Shown one piece after another: positions 55,724 to 64,000 of a stretch of DNA of 64,000 bases. This stretch comes from Gemmatimonadales bacterium (GTDB lineage Bacteria > Gemmatimonadota > Gemmatimonadetes > Gemmatimonadales > GWC2-71-9), in the NCBI GenBank assembly GCA_036397755.1, contig DASWII010000024.1, positions 9,957 to 73,956 on the forward strand, read 5' to 3'. Under the pieces are notes generated by a model. It worked only from the letters and a program-made list of their open reading frames with translations, was not told where the DNA came from and did not search any database. A program made the translations under genes and the position numbers. Positions within the stretch are counted from its first letter, which is position 1, and every line of letters starts with the position of its first letter.

Positions 55724-56391
55724 CGACCATTCCGTTCGCCCCGATCTGGCTCACCCTGCGGCTCGCCACTGTCACGACCGTCATCCTCCTCATGCTTGGG
55801 ACACCCGCCGCCTGGTGGCTGGCGCACACGCGCTCGCGCCTGAAGCCGTTCGTCGAAGCCGGCGTCGCCGTGCCGCTCGTGCTCCCACCCACGGTCCTCG
55901 GGTTCTACATGCTGATCGCCCTGGGCCCGCAGGGAGTCGTCGGGTCGGCATGGGCCGCCCTCGGCGGCGCTCCGCTCGTGTTCTCCTTCACGGGCCTCGT
56001 CATCGGCTCCGTTCTCTTTTCGCTGCCGTTTGCCGTGCAACCCCTCCAAGGCGCGTTCGAGGCCACAGGACGGGCGCCGCTCGAGGAGGCGGCGACGCTC
56101 GGCGCGGGCCCGATCGATCGGTTCTTCACCGTGGCGCTCCCGCTCGCGCGGCGCGGGTATGTCACGGCGGCGACCCTCGGATTCGCGCACACCGTTGGCG
56201 AGTTTGGCGTGGTCCTCATGATCGGCGGCAACATCCCGCGCGAAACGGAAGTTGTTTCGATCGCCATCTACAATGCGGTCGAACGGCTGGACTACGCGCA
56301 AGCACACGTGTTGTCCCTCGGAATGTTGGTGTTTGCGTTTGTCCTGCTGCTCGGCATCCAGTTCCTCAATCGACTGTGGGCGCGCGCATGA
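55720..56391 (+). CDS. modB: Molybdate ABC transporter permease ModB
   Basis: ATGA overlap with modA. EAA-loop region PLEEAATLGAGPIDRFFTVALPLA. 223 aa with 5-6 TM helices. Confidence 0.93.
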   Translation: MTTIPFAPIWLTLRLATVTTVILLMLGTPAAWWLAHTRSRLKPFVEAGVAVPLVLPPTVLGFYMLIALGPQGVVGSAWAALGGAPLVFSFTGLVIGSVLFSLPFAVQPLQGAFEATGRAPLEEAATLGAGPIDRFFTVALPLARRGYVTAATLGFAHTVGEFGVVLMIGGNIPRETEVVSIAIYNAVERLDYAQAHVLSLGMLVFAFVLLLGIQFLNRLWARA

Positions 56392-57458
56392 CCGCGTGCG
56401 CCATCCGACTGGCCGTCGAGCGCCCACCGTTCCGACTGGACGTGGACCTCGCACTCGAGCTGTCGGGCATCCTCGGGGTGCTTGGCCCGTCCGGATCGGG
56501 CAAAACGACATTGCTCCGATGCATCGCGGGCCTCGAGCGCGCGGCGCGCGGGACGATCGACATCGGTGGCGTGCCATGGCAGAGCGAGCGCGCCGGCGAT
56601 TTCCTGCCGCCGCATCGACGGGGCGTGGGGTATGTCGCGCAGCAACCGACACTGTTTGCACACCTCTCCGTCCACGGCAATCTGGCGTATGGATGGCGCC
56701 GGCGCGGAGGGGATCACGAAACGTTCGACCGCGTCGTGCAGGTGATGGGACTCACCCGGCTGCTGGATCGCGGCGTCGCGGAACTCTCGGGAGGCGAACG
56801 GCGGCGCGTGGCCATCGCACGGGCGCTCGTGGCCCAGCCGCGGCTCCTGCTGCTCGACGAACCCACCGCGAACCTCGACCAGCGGATCCGGGCCGAGTTC
56901 CTGCCCCACCTCGAGCGCCTGCACGAAGACCTCGCCGTGCCGGTGATCCTCGTCAGTCACGTGCTGGACGACGTGGCGCGCCTGGCGGACCACGTCGTGC
57001 TGCTCGAACACGGAAGGGTATCGGCGATTGGTGCGCTGCACGACATCCTCACCCGTTTGGACCTGTCACCCGCCCGAGAACCGGGCGCGGAAGCGGTGAT
57101 CGAGGCGCGTGTGAGCGGGCACGACGAGGACTATCATCTGACCAGGTTGACCTTTGCGGGGGGCGAACTGTGGCTGCCACGTGAGGATCTCGTCGCGGGA
57201 GCCGCGGTCCGCGTTCGCGTCGCCGCGCGCGACGTAAGTCTCACGCTGGAGAGATCGAACGCGACCAGCATTCTCAACGTGCTGCCCGCAACCGTCGCCG
57301 AGTTGGTGGAGGCTGGCCCCGCGCAAGTGCTGGTAAGACTCGATTGTGGGGGCGTTCCGCTCCTGGGGCGGGTCACCAGAAGATCCGCGGTCACGCTGGG
57401 TCTTCAAACCGGCACGGCGGTGTTCGCACAGGTCAAGAGCGTGGCGCTCGCGAAGTAG
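56388..57458 (+). CDS. modC: Molybdate ABC transporter ATP-binding protein ModC (with C-terminal TOBE/Mop domain)
   Basis: ATGA overlap with modB. Walker A GPSGSGKTT, signature LSGGERRRVAIARAL, Walker B LLLLDEP. The C-terminal ~120 aa form the TOBE domain. Confidence 0.93.
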   Translation: MTACAIRLAVERPPFRLDVDLALELSGILGVLGPSGSGKTTLLRCIAGLERAARGTIDIGGVPWQSERAGDFLPPHRRGVGYVAQQPTLFAHLSVHGNLAYGWRRRGGDHETFDRVVQVMGLTRLLDRGVAELSGGERRRVAIARALVAQPRLLLLDEPTANLDQRIRAEFLPHLERLHEDLAVPVILVSHVLDDVARLADHVVLLEHGRVSAIGALHDILTRLDLSPAREPGAEAVIEARVSGHDEDYHLTRLTFAGGELWLPREDLVAGAAVRVRVAARDVSLTLERSNATSILNVLPATVAELVEAGPAQVLVRLDCGGVPLLGRVTRRSAVTLGLQTGTAVFAQVKSVALAK

Positions 57459-57794
57459 TGCCACTCGCGACACACCGGGCTACCTCCGGATCTTCCACAG
57501 CCCAACCGTCAGCACCGGAAAGATGAACAGGGCGATCCCGGTCCACGCCAGGATTCCGTAGCCCGCGCGATCGGTGGCGGCGGCGCGCTCAGCGGCGTGT
57601 CCCAGGAGTTCGTTGTCTGGATTGAGAGTCCCGGTGGGTCCCGCAGGGAGCGTTCGGACCGGCGGTCTCGGCGTCTCAACTGGCCAGCGGGCTCCGATTC
57701 CAGGCTTGGGTGGGGCGTCGAGTCCGCCGGTACGGCAGCGACCGAAGGGACCCGCCGGGGCTCGCCTTCCGCACCGAACTCCTTTGACACGACA

Positions 57795-58490
57795 CTAGGC
57801 CAGCGCAAGGAACCGTTGCCCCAAGGCCGGTCCGGCGCCCTCGTCCTCGTGTTTGAAGAACACATAAGCGTCTGACCACTGCTGCTCCCGGATCCACGCC
57901 GCCCAACCCTCGAGCGCTCCCTGATCGTACGATGCGCGGCGCAACCGCACATACCCCCACCCGGCCGTCGCCACTCGCGGTGCCGCGTCATCGTCGGTAT
58001 CCGCGAGACACAAGGCGGCATCGTAGTCCCGGAGGATGCCGTAGACCTCATCGTCGAACCACGTGGCGTGGCGAAACTCGAACGCGGCCGGCCAACCCTC
58101 CGGAAGGAGCTTCAAGAACCCCACCAGACGATCCGCGTCCTTCTTGAGATTGGGCGGACACTGGAAGAACGACGGGCCGCGCTTGGGGCCGAGGCCCGCA
58201 CAGGCCCGCAGGTACCACGCGAGCGGCTCGTCCGCGTTGGCCAGTCGGTGACGATGCGTGATGCGTTGGGACGCCTTGAGCACGAAGCGAAACCCCTCGG
58301 GCACCTGACTCGCCCATTGCGTCACCACCGACTCCTTCGGAATCCTGTAGAAGGTGTTGTTGATCTCGACGGCCGAAAACCGCTCGGCGTAGTGGGCGAG
58401 CATCTGATCCACCGGCATGTCCGCGGGATAGAAGCTGCCCTTCCATTCCTTGTACTGGTAGCCACTCGTGCCAACGTAGAGGGTGGGCAT
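57795..58490 (-). CDS. DUF72 (UPF0759, YecE-like) family protein
   Basis: MPTLYVGTSGYQYKEWKGSFYP...FSAVEINNTFYR is canonical DUF72. The ATG at 58490 overlaps the EVE stop (ATGA). Confidence 0.9.
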   Translation of the reverse strand: MPTLYVGTSGYQYKEWKGSFYPADMPVDQMLAHYAERFSAVEINNTFYRIPKESVVTQWASQVPEGFRFVLKASQRITHRHRLANADEPLAWYLRACAGLGPKRGPSFFQCPPNLKKDADRLVGFLKLLPEGWPAAFEFRHATWFDDEVYGILRDYDAALCLADTDDDAAPRVATAGWGYVRLRRASYDQGALEGWAAWIREQQWSDAYVFFKHEDEGAGPALGQRFLALA

Positions 58491-58906
58491 CAGGCGCCAG
58501 ATCCCCCCATCGCCAACAGTCTCTTCCACTGGACGGCCTGCACCGGCACCACCGACAAGCGGCCCTGTCGCACCAGGGCCAAATCGGCGAACGCGCCGTC
58601 CGCCTTGATGTCGGCGAGCGTGACCGGTCGCCGCAGCCGTTTGCCCGCGGCGACCTCGACCACAACAAGGCGCTCGTCCGAGGCACCGGGGTCGGGGTAC
58701 GGTCCCGCGGCAATCCGTGCCAGGCCGACCGCCGCCCTTTCCTTTCCCGTATGGTAGATCAGCACCTCGTCGCCCTTCCGCATCGACCTGAGACGCTTGA
58801 GGGCAACCGGATTGCGTACGCCGTCCCACACGGTGGTTCCGTCACGCGTCAAGTCATCGTGTGAGTACGACGACGGCTCGGTCTTGAGAATCCAGTAATT
58901 CGGCAT
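58490..58906 (-). CDS. EVE (PUA-like) domain protein
   Basis: MPNYWILKTEPSSYSHDDL...WDGVRN..A...LR.M..GD.VLIYH is the canonical EVE N-terminus. Confidence 0.9.
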   Translation of the reverse strand: MPNYWILKTEPSSYSHDDLTRDGTTVWDGVRNPVALKRLRSMRKGDEVLIYHTGKERAAVGLARIAAGPYPDPGASDERLVVVEVAAGKRLRRPVTLADIKADGAFADLALVRQGRLSVVPVQAVQWKRLLAMGGSGA

Positions 58907-58917
58907 GTCGGTGTCCT

Positions 58918-59574
58918 TCAGAGAATTCCGCGGGCCCAGACGGCAACGGCGGCGGTCAGTTCGTCCGTGACGGCGTCGCCCGACCGACCCGATCGTTTGC
59001 GAACGTTGAAGGAATGGTCTCCATCATCGACGACGTGCAGTGTGGCGCGATCACCCAAGCGATCGCACAGCGGCCGGAGCAGCGTCAAGTCTGCGAGCGG
59101 GTCACGCGTGCCCTGCAAGAAGAGCATCGGGATCCGCACGTCGGCCAGGTGGGCACCGCGCCGATTGTCCACCCGGTTCGGCGCGTGCAGCGGGAAGCCC
59201 AGAAAGACGAGCCCCGACACGCCCGGAATCGGCTCCTCCGCTTGTGCCGTCGACGTCATGCGCCCACCGAACGATTTCCCCCCCGCGATCATCGGAAGAT
59301 CCGCCGCGACTCCACGCACCGCGGCGGCGGCGGCGCGGATCGTCGCCATGGCCCGGTCGGGTGGATCCGGTCTGCGACTCCTCCGTTCCATGTAGGGAAA
59401 CTGATAGCGATATGTCGCGATCCCTCGTGCCCCCAGAGCCTCCGCTATCCGCTCCAGAAACGGATGGTGCATGCCGGCCCCCGCACCGTGCGCGAGCAGA
59501 TACACGAGCCACGCTCCGGGCGGGCGGTCCAGCTGGGACGAGACGGTGCCCGCCCCGGGGACGTCGAGCGTCAC
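58918..59574 (-). CDS. Alpha/beta hydrolase family protein (KANL3/Tex30- or dienelactone-hydrolase-like)
   Basis: LAHGAGAGMHHPF, the nucleophile-elbow-like GGKSFGGR, and FLQGTRDP...DGDHSF. The GTG at 59574 overlaps the upstream stop (GTGA). Confidence 0.8.
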   Translation of the reverse strand: MTLDVPGAGTVSSQLDRPPGAWLVYLLAHGAGAGMHHPFLERIAEALGARGIATYRYQFPYMERRSRRPDPPDRAMATIRAAAAAVRGVAADLPMIAGGKSFGGRMTSTAQAEEPIPGVSGLVFLGFPLHAPNRVDNRRGAHLADVRIPMLFLQGTRDPLADLTLLRPLCDRLGDRATLHVVDDGDHSFNVRKRSGRSGDAVTDELTAAVAVWARGIL

Positions 59575-61250
59575 GGATCGCGGTCACCCCATCCGCTCCA
59601 CCCTGGACCGCGCACGACCCGCCCGGGCAACGCGCCGGTATGCTCGCCATCACGCAGTACCTGTGTGCCGTTCACAAAGACATGCACCACACCCGTGGCA
59701 TACTGGTGCGGCTGCTCGAATGTGGCGTGGTCCTGTATGCGGGTTGGATCAAACACGACGACGTCGGCGAAATACCCCGGGCGCAGTCTGCCGCGGTTGC
59801 GAATCCGCAGGTTGTCCGCCGGCTGGGACGTGAGCTTCCGAATCGCCTCCTCGAGCGGGATCACCTGTTCGTCGCGCACGTACCTGCCGAGGAGGCGAGC
59901 GAAGTTGCCATAGGCACGCGGGTGCGTGCTGGACTTGAGAAAGTTGCCTTCGGGAGCCATGGAACCCGCGTCTGACCCGAAGCTCACCCAGGGAATGGCG
60001 ATCTGCCGCGCCACGTTTTCCTCCGACATGAGGAAATACACCACCTGCACGCGGCTGCCATCCTCGACCACGAGGTCCATCGCGGTCTCTTCGGGGCTCA
60101 TCCCGCGCATGGTCGCGACCTCCGCCAGCGTCTTGCCGGTGAGCGGCTTGAGCGAATCGTTTCTGAAGCCCACGAGCAGCGTCTGCTCCGGCCCCGCCGC
60201 GAGGTACAAGTTTTCCCATTCGTCGGTGGGCGTCGCCATTTCCCGCTTCACGCGCGCCCGCACTGCCGGGTCCCGCAGCCGCTCCGACCACGCGTCATAT
60301 CCACCCTCCTGCACCCACGGCGGCATCGCGGCATCCAGCCCGGTGGACCCCGCCGTGTAGGTGTACATGTCGGCCGTGATGCCGAGTCCTTCGGCACGGG
60401 CAGCCTCGATCCGCGCGATCACCGCATCGAGCTTGTCCCAGTTGGAGCGCCCGGCTGCCTTCAAGTGGTAAATTTCGGCGCGCGTCCCCGCCGCGCGGGC
60501 GATCGTGATGAGTTCGTCCACGGCCTGCAGAAGACGATTGCCTTCCGATCGCATGTGCGAGATGTACATCCCGCCGTACTCGGCGGCGACCTGCGTCAGC
60601 GCGATCAGTTCGTCCGTGCTCGCGTAGAACGCGGGCGCATAGATGAGCGACGAGCCCACGCCGAGTGCCCCGTCCTCCATGGCCTGGCGCACGAGCGCCC
60701 GCATGCGTTCGAGCTCTTCACTGGTGGGCGTCCGATCCTCGTAGCCGACCTCGTGGATGCGAAGCGTCGTCGCGCCAACGAAAGACGCCACGTTCGGCGC
60801 GATCCCGCGACCGACGAGATACTCGAGATACTCGTTGAGGGTCCTCCACGGCACATCGAACTTGAGGTCGCCCTGCCCGCGGATCACGTCGGCGCGCATG
60901 GAGTCAGTGAGCGGCCCCTCCGACCAGCCCTCACCGAACACCTCCAGCGTCACGCCTTGCCGGATGTCCCCCTGGGAGCGGCCGTCCTCGATCAGCGTTT
61001 CCGTGGCCCAGCTGAGCATGTTGATGAACCCGGGACTCACCGCCATCCCCGTGGCGTCCACCTCGACGCGACCGCGGCCGGCGATCGTGCCGCCGACGGC
61101 CGCCACCGTGTCGCCCGCGACGGCCACGTCCCCAACAGCCGGCACGCTGCCGGACCCATCGTAGATCGTCCCACCCCGGATCACGACGTCGTACTGCGGG
61201 CCGCAAGCGGCAAACACGGCGATCGCGCTGAGACACAGAAAGGGTCGCAT
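59571..61250 (-). CDS. N-acyl-D-amino-acid deacylase (D-aminoacylase) family amidohydrolase, lipoprotein signal
   Basis: MRPFLCLSAIAVFAAC signal peptide. DVVIRGGTIYDGSG...VSPGFINMLSW and the C-terminal FDP..I.D.ATFE.P are typical of D-aminoacylases. Confidence 0.88.
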   Translation of the reverse strand: MRPFLCLSAIAVFAACGPQYDVVIRGGTIYDGSGSVPAVGDVAVAGDTVAAVGGTIAGRGRVEVDATGMAVSPGFINMLSWATETLIEDGRSQGDIRQGVTLEVFGEGWSEGPLTDSMRADVIRGQGDLKFDVPWRTLNEYLEYLVGRGIAPNVASFVGATTLRIHEVGYEDRTPTSEELERMRALVRQAMEDGALGVGSSLIYAPAFYASTDELIALTQVAAEYGGMYISHMRSEGNRLLQAVDELITIARAAGTRAEIYHLKAAGRSNWDKLDAVIARIEAARAEGLGITADMYTYTAGSTGLDAAMPPWVQEGGYDAWSERLRDPAVRARVKREMATPTDEWENLYLAAGPEQTLLVGFRNDSLKPLTGKTLAEVATMRGMSPEETAMDLVVEDGSRVQVVYFLMSEENVARQIAIPWVSFGSDAGSMAPEGNFLKSSTHPRAYGNFARLLGRYVRDEQVIPLEEAIRKLTSQPADNLRIRNRGRLRPGYFADVVVFDPTRIQDHATFEQPHQYATGVVHVFVNGTQVLRDGEHTGALPGRVVRGPGWSGWGDRDP

Positions 61251-61287
61251 GGGCGCTTCTCCTCTTATCGAGCGTGCTGCGTGAAGT

Positions 61288-63813
61288 TCAGGTTGCGAGC
61301 CGCCGTCCGATGCGAGCGAGCAGCGCGTTCAAGTCCGGCCGGTGTTCGAGTACGGGGAGCAGCGGATCCCCACCGAGCCGCGTCATCCGATCGATCGCCG
61401 TCGCGACCGTGAAGTTCAGTGGGTCCAGGCGTTCGTTCACCTCGCTCCACTCCAGCGGCATCGAGACCTTGGCACCCGCGTACGGTCGCACACAAAATGG
61501 CGCGACGATCAGCTTGCCGCGACCGTTCTGCAGGTAATCGACATACACCTTGCCCTCGCGCTGCGCCGGGAGCCGGGTGATCGTCGCGAGATCCGGCGCC
61601 TCCGTCACCACGACGCGCGCCAACAACTCGCCGAGGGTTTTCGCCTGCTCGTGCGTACACTGCCTTCCCAAGGGCACCATCACGTGCAGTCCCGACTGGC
61701 CGCTGGTCTTGATGAAGACGGGAAGCGCGACGTCCTCGCACACGGCGCGTACGCACTGCGCGACCGCGATCACATCCGTGAACGGCGCCTCTTTGGGATC
61801 CAAATCGAGCACACACCAGTCCGGCTGCTCCAGTGTCGCCACACGACTCGCCCAGACGTGGAGCGGGATCGACGCGAGATTGGCGATGTACAGCAACGCC
61901 TCCGGCGAATCGACCACGAAGTAGTTGAGCGCGCGCTCCGTGTCGTCGCTCCACATCGTCTCGCGACGGATCCACTCGGGCGCGAACCCCGGCGCGTCCT
62001 TTTGAAAGAAGGACTTGCCGTGAATCCCATCGGGAAACCGCGTCATCACCACCGGACGGTCGCGCAGATAGGGCATGATCCAAGGAGTAATCGCGCGATA
62101 GTACTCGATGAGATCGCCCTTGGTGTAGCCTTCTTCAGGCCAGAATACCTTGTCCAGATTGGAGAAGTGCACCGTCCGCTCCACTCGGTGCTCCACCTGC
62201 GGCATCGCCAGGTCGTCGCGTTCCGCTTCGTCCGTGCGCACCCCGGGGTGCCGACATTCCCGCGCGTCCTTGTCCGTCCGGAAGCGGAGGAACACCGGCT
62301 GACGCAACAACTCCTCCTCGGTCCATTCCTTGTACCGCACCTCACACACGATGCCCGGCTCCACCCACACGTGATCTCGACCGCGCGGCGCCCGTGCGCA
62401 GGCCGGCTCATCCCGTCGGGCGGCCTCCAACAAGCTCCCGACTTCGTCCAGCTGCTCTTCGGTGAAGCCGCTCCCGACGCGCCCGATGTATACCAACTCG
62501 CGGTCGCGATATGCGGCGAGGTGCAGCGCGCCAAATCCTCCGCGGCGTCCCTTCGGCCGACTGTATCCCACGACGACGAAATCGTCCGTGCGATCGGCCC
62601 GCACCTTGATCCAGTCGGCGGTGCGCCGGCCGCGGTAGGGAGCGTCGGCGCGCTTGGCGACGATGCCCTCCAGCCCGAGTTGCTCCACCTGTCGATAAAA
62701 TGCCTCTCCCTGTTCCTCGATGTGATCCGCGAACTTGAGAGGCCCGAGCGGCGGGAGCACCCGACGGAGCACGTCTTTGCGCTCGAGCAGCGGCAGCGAT
62801 CGGAGATCGAAATCCTCGAAGCCGATCGCATCGAACAGGTACAGCGTGGCCGGATGCTCGACGGCTTGGAGGCGCACGTCCGACGCGCGGGACAGCCGGG
62901 CCCGCTGTTGCAGGCGCTGGAAACTCGGCAGCCCGTCGTCCCCGTGCACCACGATCTCGCCGTCGAGAATCAAATGGCGATACGGGAGGGCCCGGAGCGC
63001 GCGGACGACCTCGGGAAACGCCCCCGAGGCATCATGGCCATTGCGCGTTCGCAACCAGGCCTCGCCCTCGTGCACCCCGGCGAGCATCCGATAGCCGTCT
63101 AACTTGATCTCGAACACCCAACCAGGTTTGCTGAACGGCTTCTGCCGTGTTTCCGCGAGCTGGAACGCCACGTCCGTGGCCTGCACCGCGCGCCGTTCGA
63201 CCGGACGTGCGGCCAGCCTCTCCCGCAGCTCCTCACCGGGGTCCACGGCATCACGCAGCTCCTCCACCGTCAATCCCGACAACACCGACCGATCGGGCAG
63301 CGGCTCGTCCTCGTCACGCGCCTCGCCGTCCCGCTCCTTGATGAGCAGCCATTCTTTGTCCGCCTTCTTGATCTTCACGAGGGTCCAGCGACCGCGCAGC
63401 TTGTATCCCCGCAACTCGAACAACAGCTTGCCCTTGGCGAACCCCTCGGCGACATCCTCGAGTGGGATCCACACACCGCGATCCCACAGAATCACCGCGC
63501 CGGCGCCGTAGTTGCCCTCGGGGATGATGCCTTCGAAATCACCGTATTCGAGCGGGTGATCCTCCACCTTCACCGCCAGACGCTTCTCCTTGGGGTCGAC
63601 CGAGGGCCCCTTCGGGACGGCCCATGACTCGAGGACGCCTTGCATCTCGAGCCGCAGGTCGAAGTGCAGCTGGCGGGCGGCATGCTGGTGAACGACGAAC
63701 AGGCGGCCGGGGGCCGAGGAGACCGCACCCACCGGCTCCGGCGTCGCACCGGGCGATCGCTTTGCGCGATAGCGACTTAGCTTGTCGCCGGGAGGCTCGC
63801 GTGTTGCGTTCAT
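61288..63813 (-). CDS. ligD: Multidomain ATP-dependent DNA ligase LigD (phosphoesterase, ligase, polymerase/primase order)
   Basis: N-terminal PE domain FVVHQHAARQLHFDLRLE, ligase motif I FEIKLDGYR, and the C-terminal Pol domain HFSNLDKVFWPEEGYTKGDLIEYY...IKTSGQSGLHV. Confidence 0.95.
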   Translation of the reverse strand: MNATREPPGDKLSRYRAKRSPGATPEPVGAVSSAPGRLFVVHQHAARQLHFDLRLEMQGVLESWAVPKGPSVDPKEKRLAVKVEDHPLEYGDFEGIIPEGNYGAGAVILWDRGVWIPLEDVAEGFAKGKLLFELRGYKLRGRWTLVKIKKADKEWLLIKERDGEARDEDEPLPDRSVLSGLTVEELRDAVDPGEELRERLAARPVERRAVQATDVAFQLAETRQKPFSKPGWVFEIKLDGYRMLAGVHEGEAWLRTRNGHDASGAFPEVVRALRALPYRHLILDGEIVVHGDDGLPSFQRLQQRARLSRASDVRLQAVEHPATLYLFDAIGFEDFDLRSLPLLERKDVLRRVLPPLGPLKFADHIEEQGEAFYRQVEQLGLEGIVAKRADAPYRGRRTADWIKVRADRTDDFVVVGYSRPKGRRGGFGALHLAAYRDRELVYIGRVGSGFTEEQLDEVGSLLEAARRDEPACARAPRGRDHVWVEPGIVCEVRYKEWTEEELLRQPVFLRFRTDKDARECRHPGVRTDEAERDDLAMPQVEHRVERTVHFSNLDKVFWPEEGYTKGDLIEYYRAITPWIMPYLRDRPVVMTRFPDGIHGKSFFQKDAPGFAPEWIRRETMWSDDTERALNYFVVDSPEALLYIANLASIPLHVWASRVATLEQPDWCVLDLDPKEAPFTDVIAVAQCVRAVCEDVALPVFIKTSGQSGLHVMVPLGRQCTHEQAKTLGELLARVVVTEAPDLATITRLPAQREGKVYVDYLQNGRGKLIVAPFCVRPYAGAKVSMPLEWSEVNERLDPLNFTVATAIDRMTRLGGDPLLPVLEHRPDLNALLARIGRRLAT

Positions 63814-63856
63814 GGAAAGGAGTTCGTACTATAGCGCCCCTATGCCAGCTCGTCCA
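63804..63856. promoter_or_regulatory. Back-to-back divergent ligD / ku promoters sharing a palindromic -10 core (CTATAG)
   Basis: Plus strand: TTGCGT-17 nt-TACTAT, with the -10 ending 9 nt before the ku ATG. Minus strand: TGGACG-17 nt-TATAGT, with the -10 ending 14 nt before the ligD ATG. Only 28 bp separate the two start codons. Confidence 0.4.
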
Positions 63857-64000
63857 ATCGCGTCCGCCACCGTGTCGTTCGGTCTCGTCTCGGTGCCCGT
63901 GCAGCTGTACTCCGCGTCGGAGTCCGAGGCCAAGGTGACGTTCAACTGGCTCCACCAGGACTGCGGCTCGCGCCTCAAGCAGCAGTATGTCTGCAAGCAG
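63842..64000 (+). CDS. ku: Ku protein (NHEJ DNA-end binding), 5' part only
   Basis: My translation from the ATG at 63842 is MPARPIASATVSFGLVSVPVQLYSASESEAKVTFNWLHQDCGSRLKQQYVCKQ, the canonical bacterial Ku N-terminus. It runs off the window. Confidence 0.9.
   Translation, partial: MPARPIASATVSFGLVSVPVQLYSASESEAKVTFNWLHQDCGSRLKQQYVCKQ

Noticed and set aside
1-64000. CRISPR arrays, IS elements/transposases, integrases, prophage genes and toxin-antitoxin pairs.
   Set aside because: I scanned both strands and the ORF track. There are no regularly spaced direct repeats, no DDE/serine/tyrosine recombinase-like ORFs, and no terminal inverted repeats. The only nucleotide-level tandem repeat noted is the 12-bp duplication at 24027-24050.

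Overview
This is a high-GC bacterial chromosomal window, densely coded, with about 55 protein genes and 2 tRNAs. No CRISPR array, IS element or rRNA is visible. Many long ORFs in the supplied track are antisense or out-of-frame shadows typical of GC-rich DNA, so I called genes by protein plausibility, motifs, start-site context and operon geometry.

Gene order, left to right:
- A secreted PPC-domain lipoprotein, cut by the window edge.
- TerC, citrate synthase, and an uncharacterised TIGR03545/TIGR03546-like gene pair.
- ADP-forming acetyl-CoA synthetase, a KamA-type radical SAM enzyme and an epimerase-family protein.
- An Arg-rich mini-protein, then tRNA-Thr(CGU) and tRNA-Leu(GAG).
- An ATP-grasp enzyme and Nfu.
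- A two-gene ergothioneine module (egtD-egtB) flanked by two paralogous ~1000-aa BNR/Asp-box proteins.
- A predicted outer-membrane barrel, followed by an anomalous low-GC 0.5-kb spacer.
- MOSC-msrB and malic enzyme.
- A metal-resistance block: dodecin, DUF4198, arsR-acr3-phosphoesterase, merR-merA, a CusCBA-like RND pump, and a histidine kinase with a sigma-54 response regulator.
- M28 peptidase.
- A tightly coupled TetR-headed operon encoding what looks like a complete ATP-dependent (class I) benzoyl-CoA reductase plus the Dch/Had/Oah ring-opening enzymes.
- A secreted protein made of three tandem PPC-like repeats, then modABC.
- A co-directional string ligD / D-aminoacylase / hydrolase / EVE / DUF72, with ku divergent from ligD.

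The most interesting items are the benzoyl-CoA reductase-like operon with its odd accessories (a zinc-ribbon tail on Oah and a CxxC mini-protein where a ferredoxin is expected), the putative sigma-54-controlled metal efflux unit, and the ligD-EVE-DUF72 string.

All functional calls rest on my own motif and family recognition. No database search was run.
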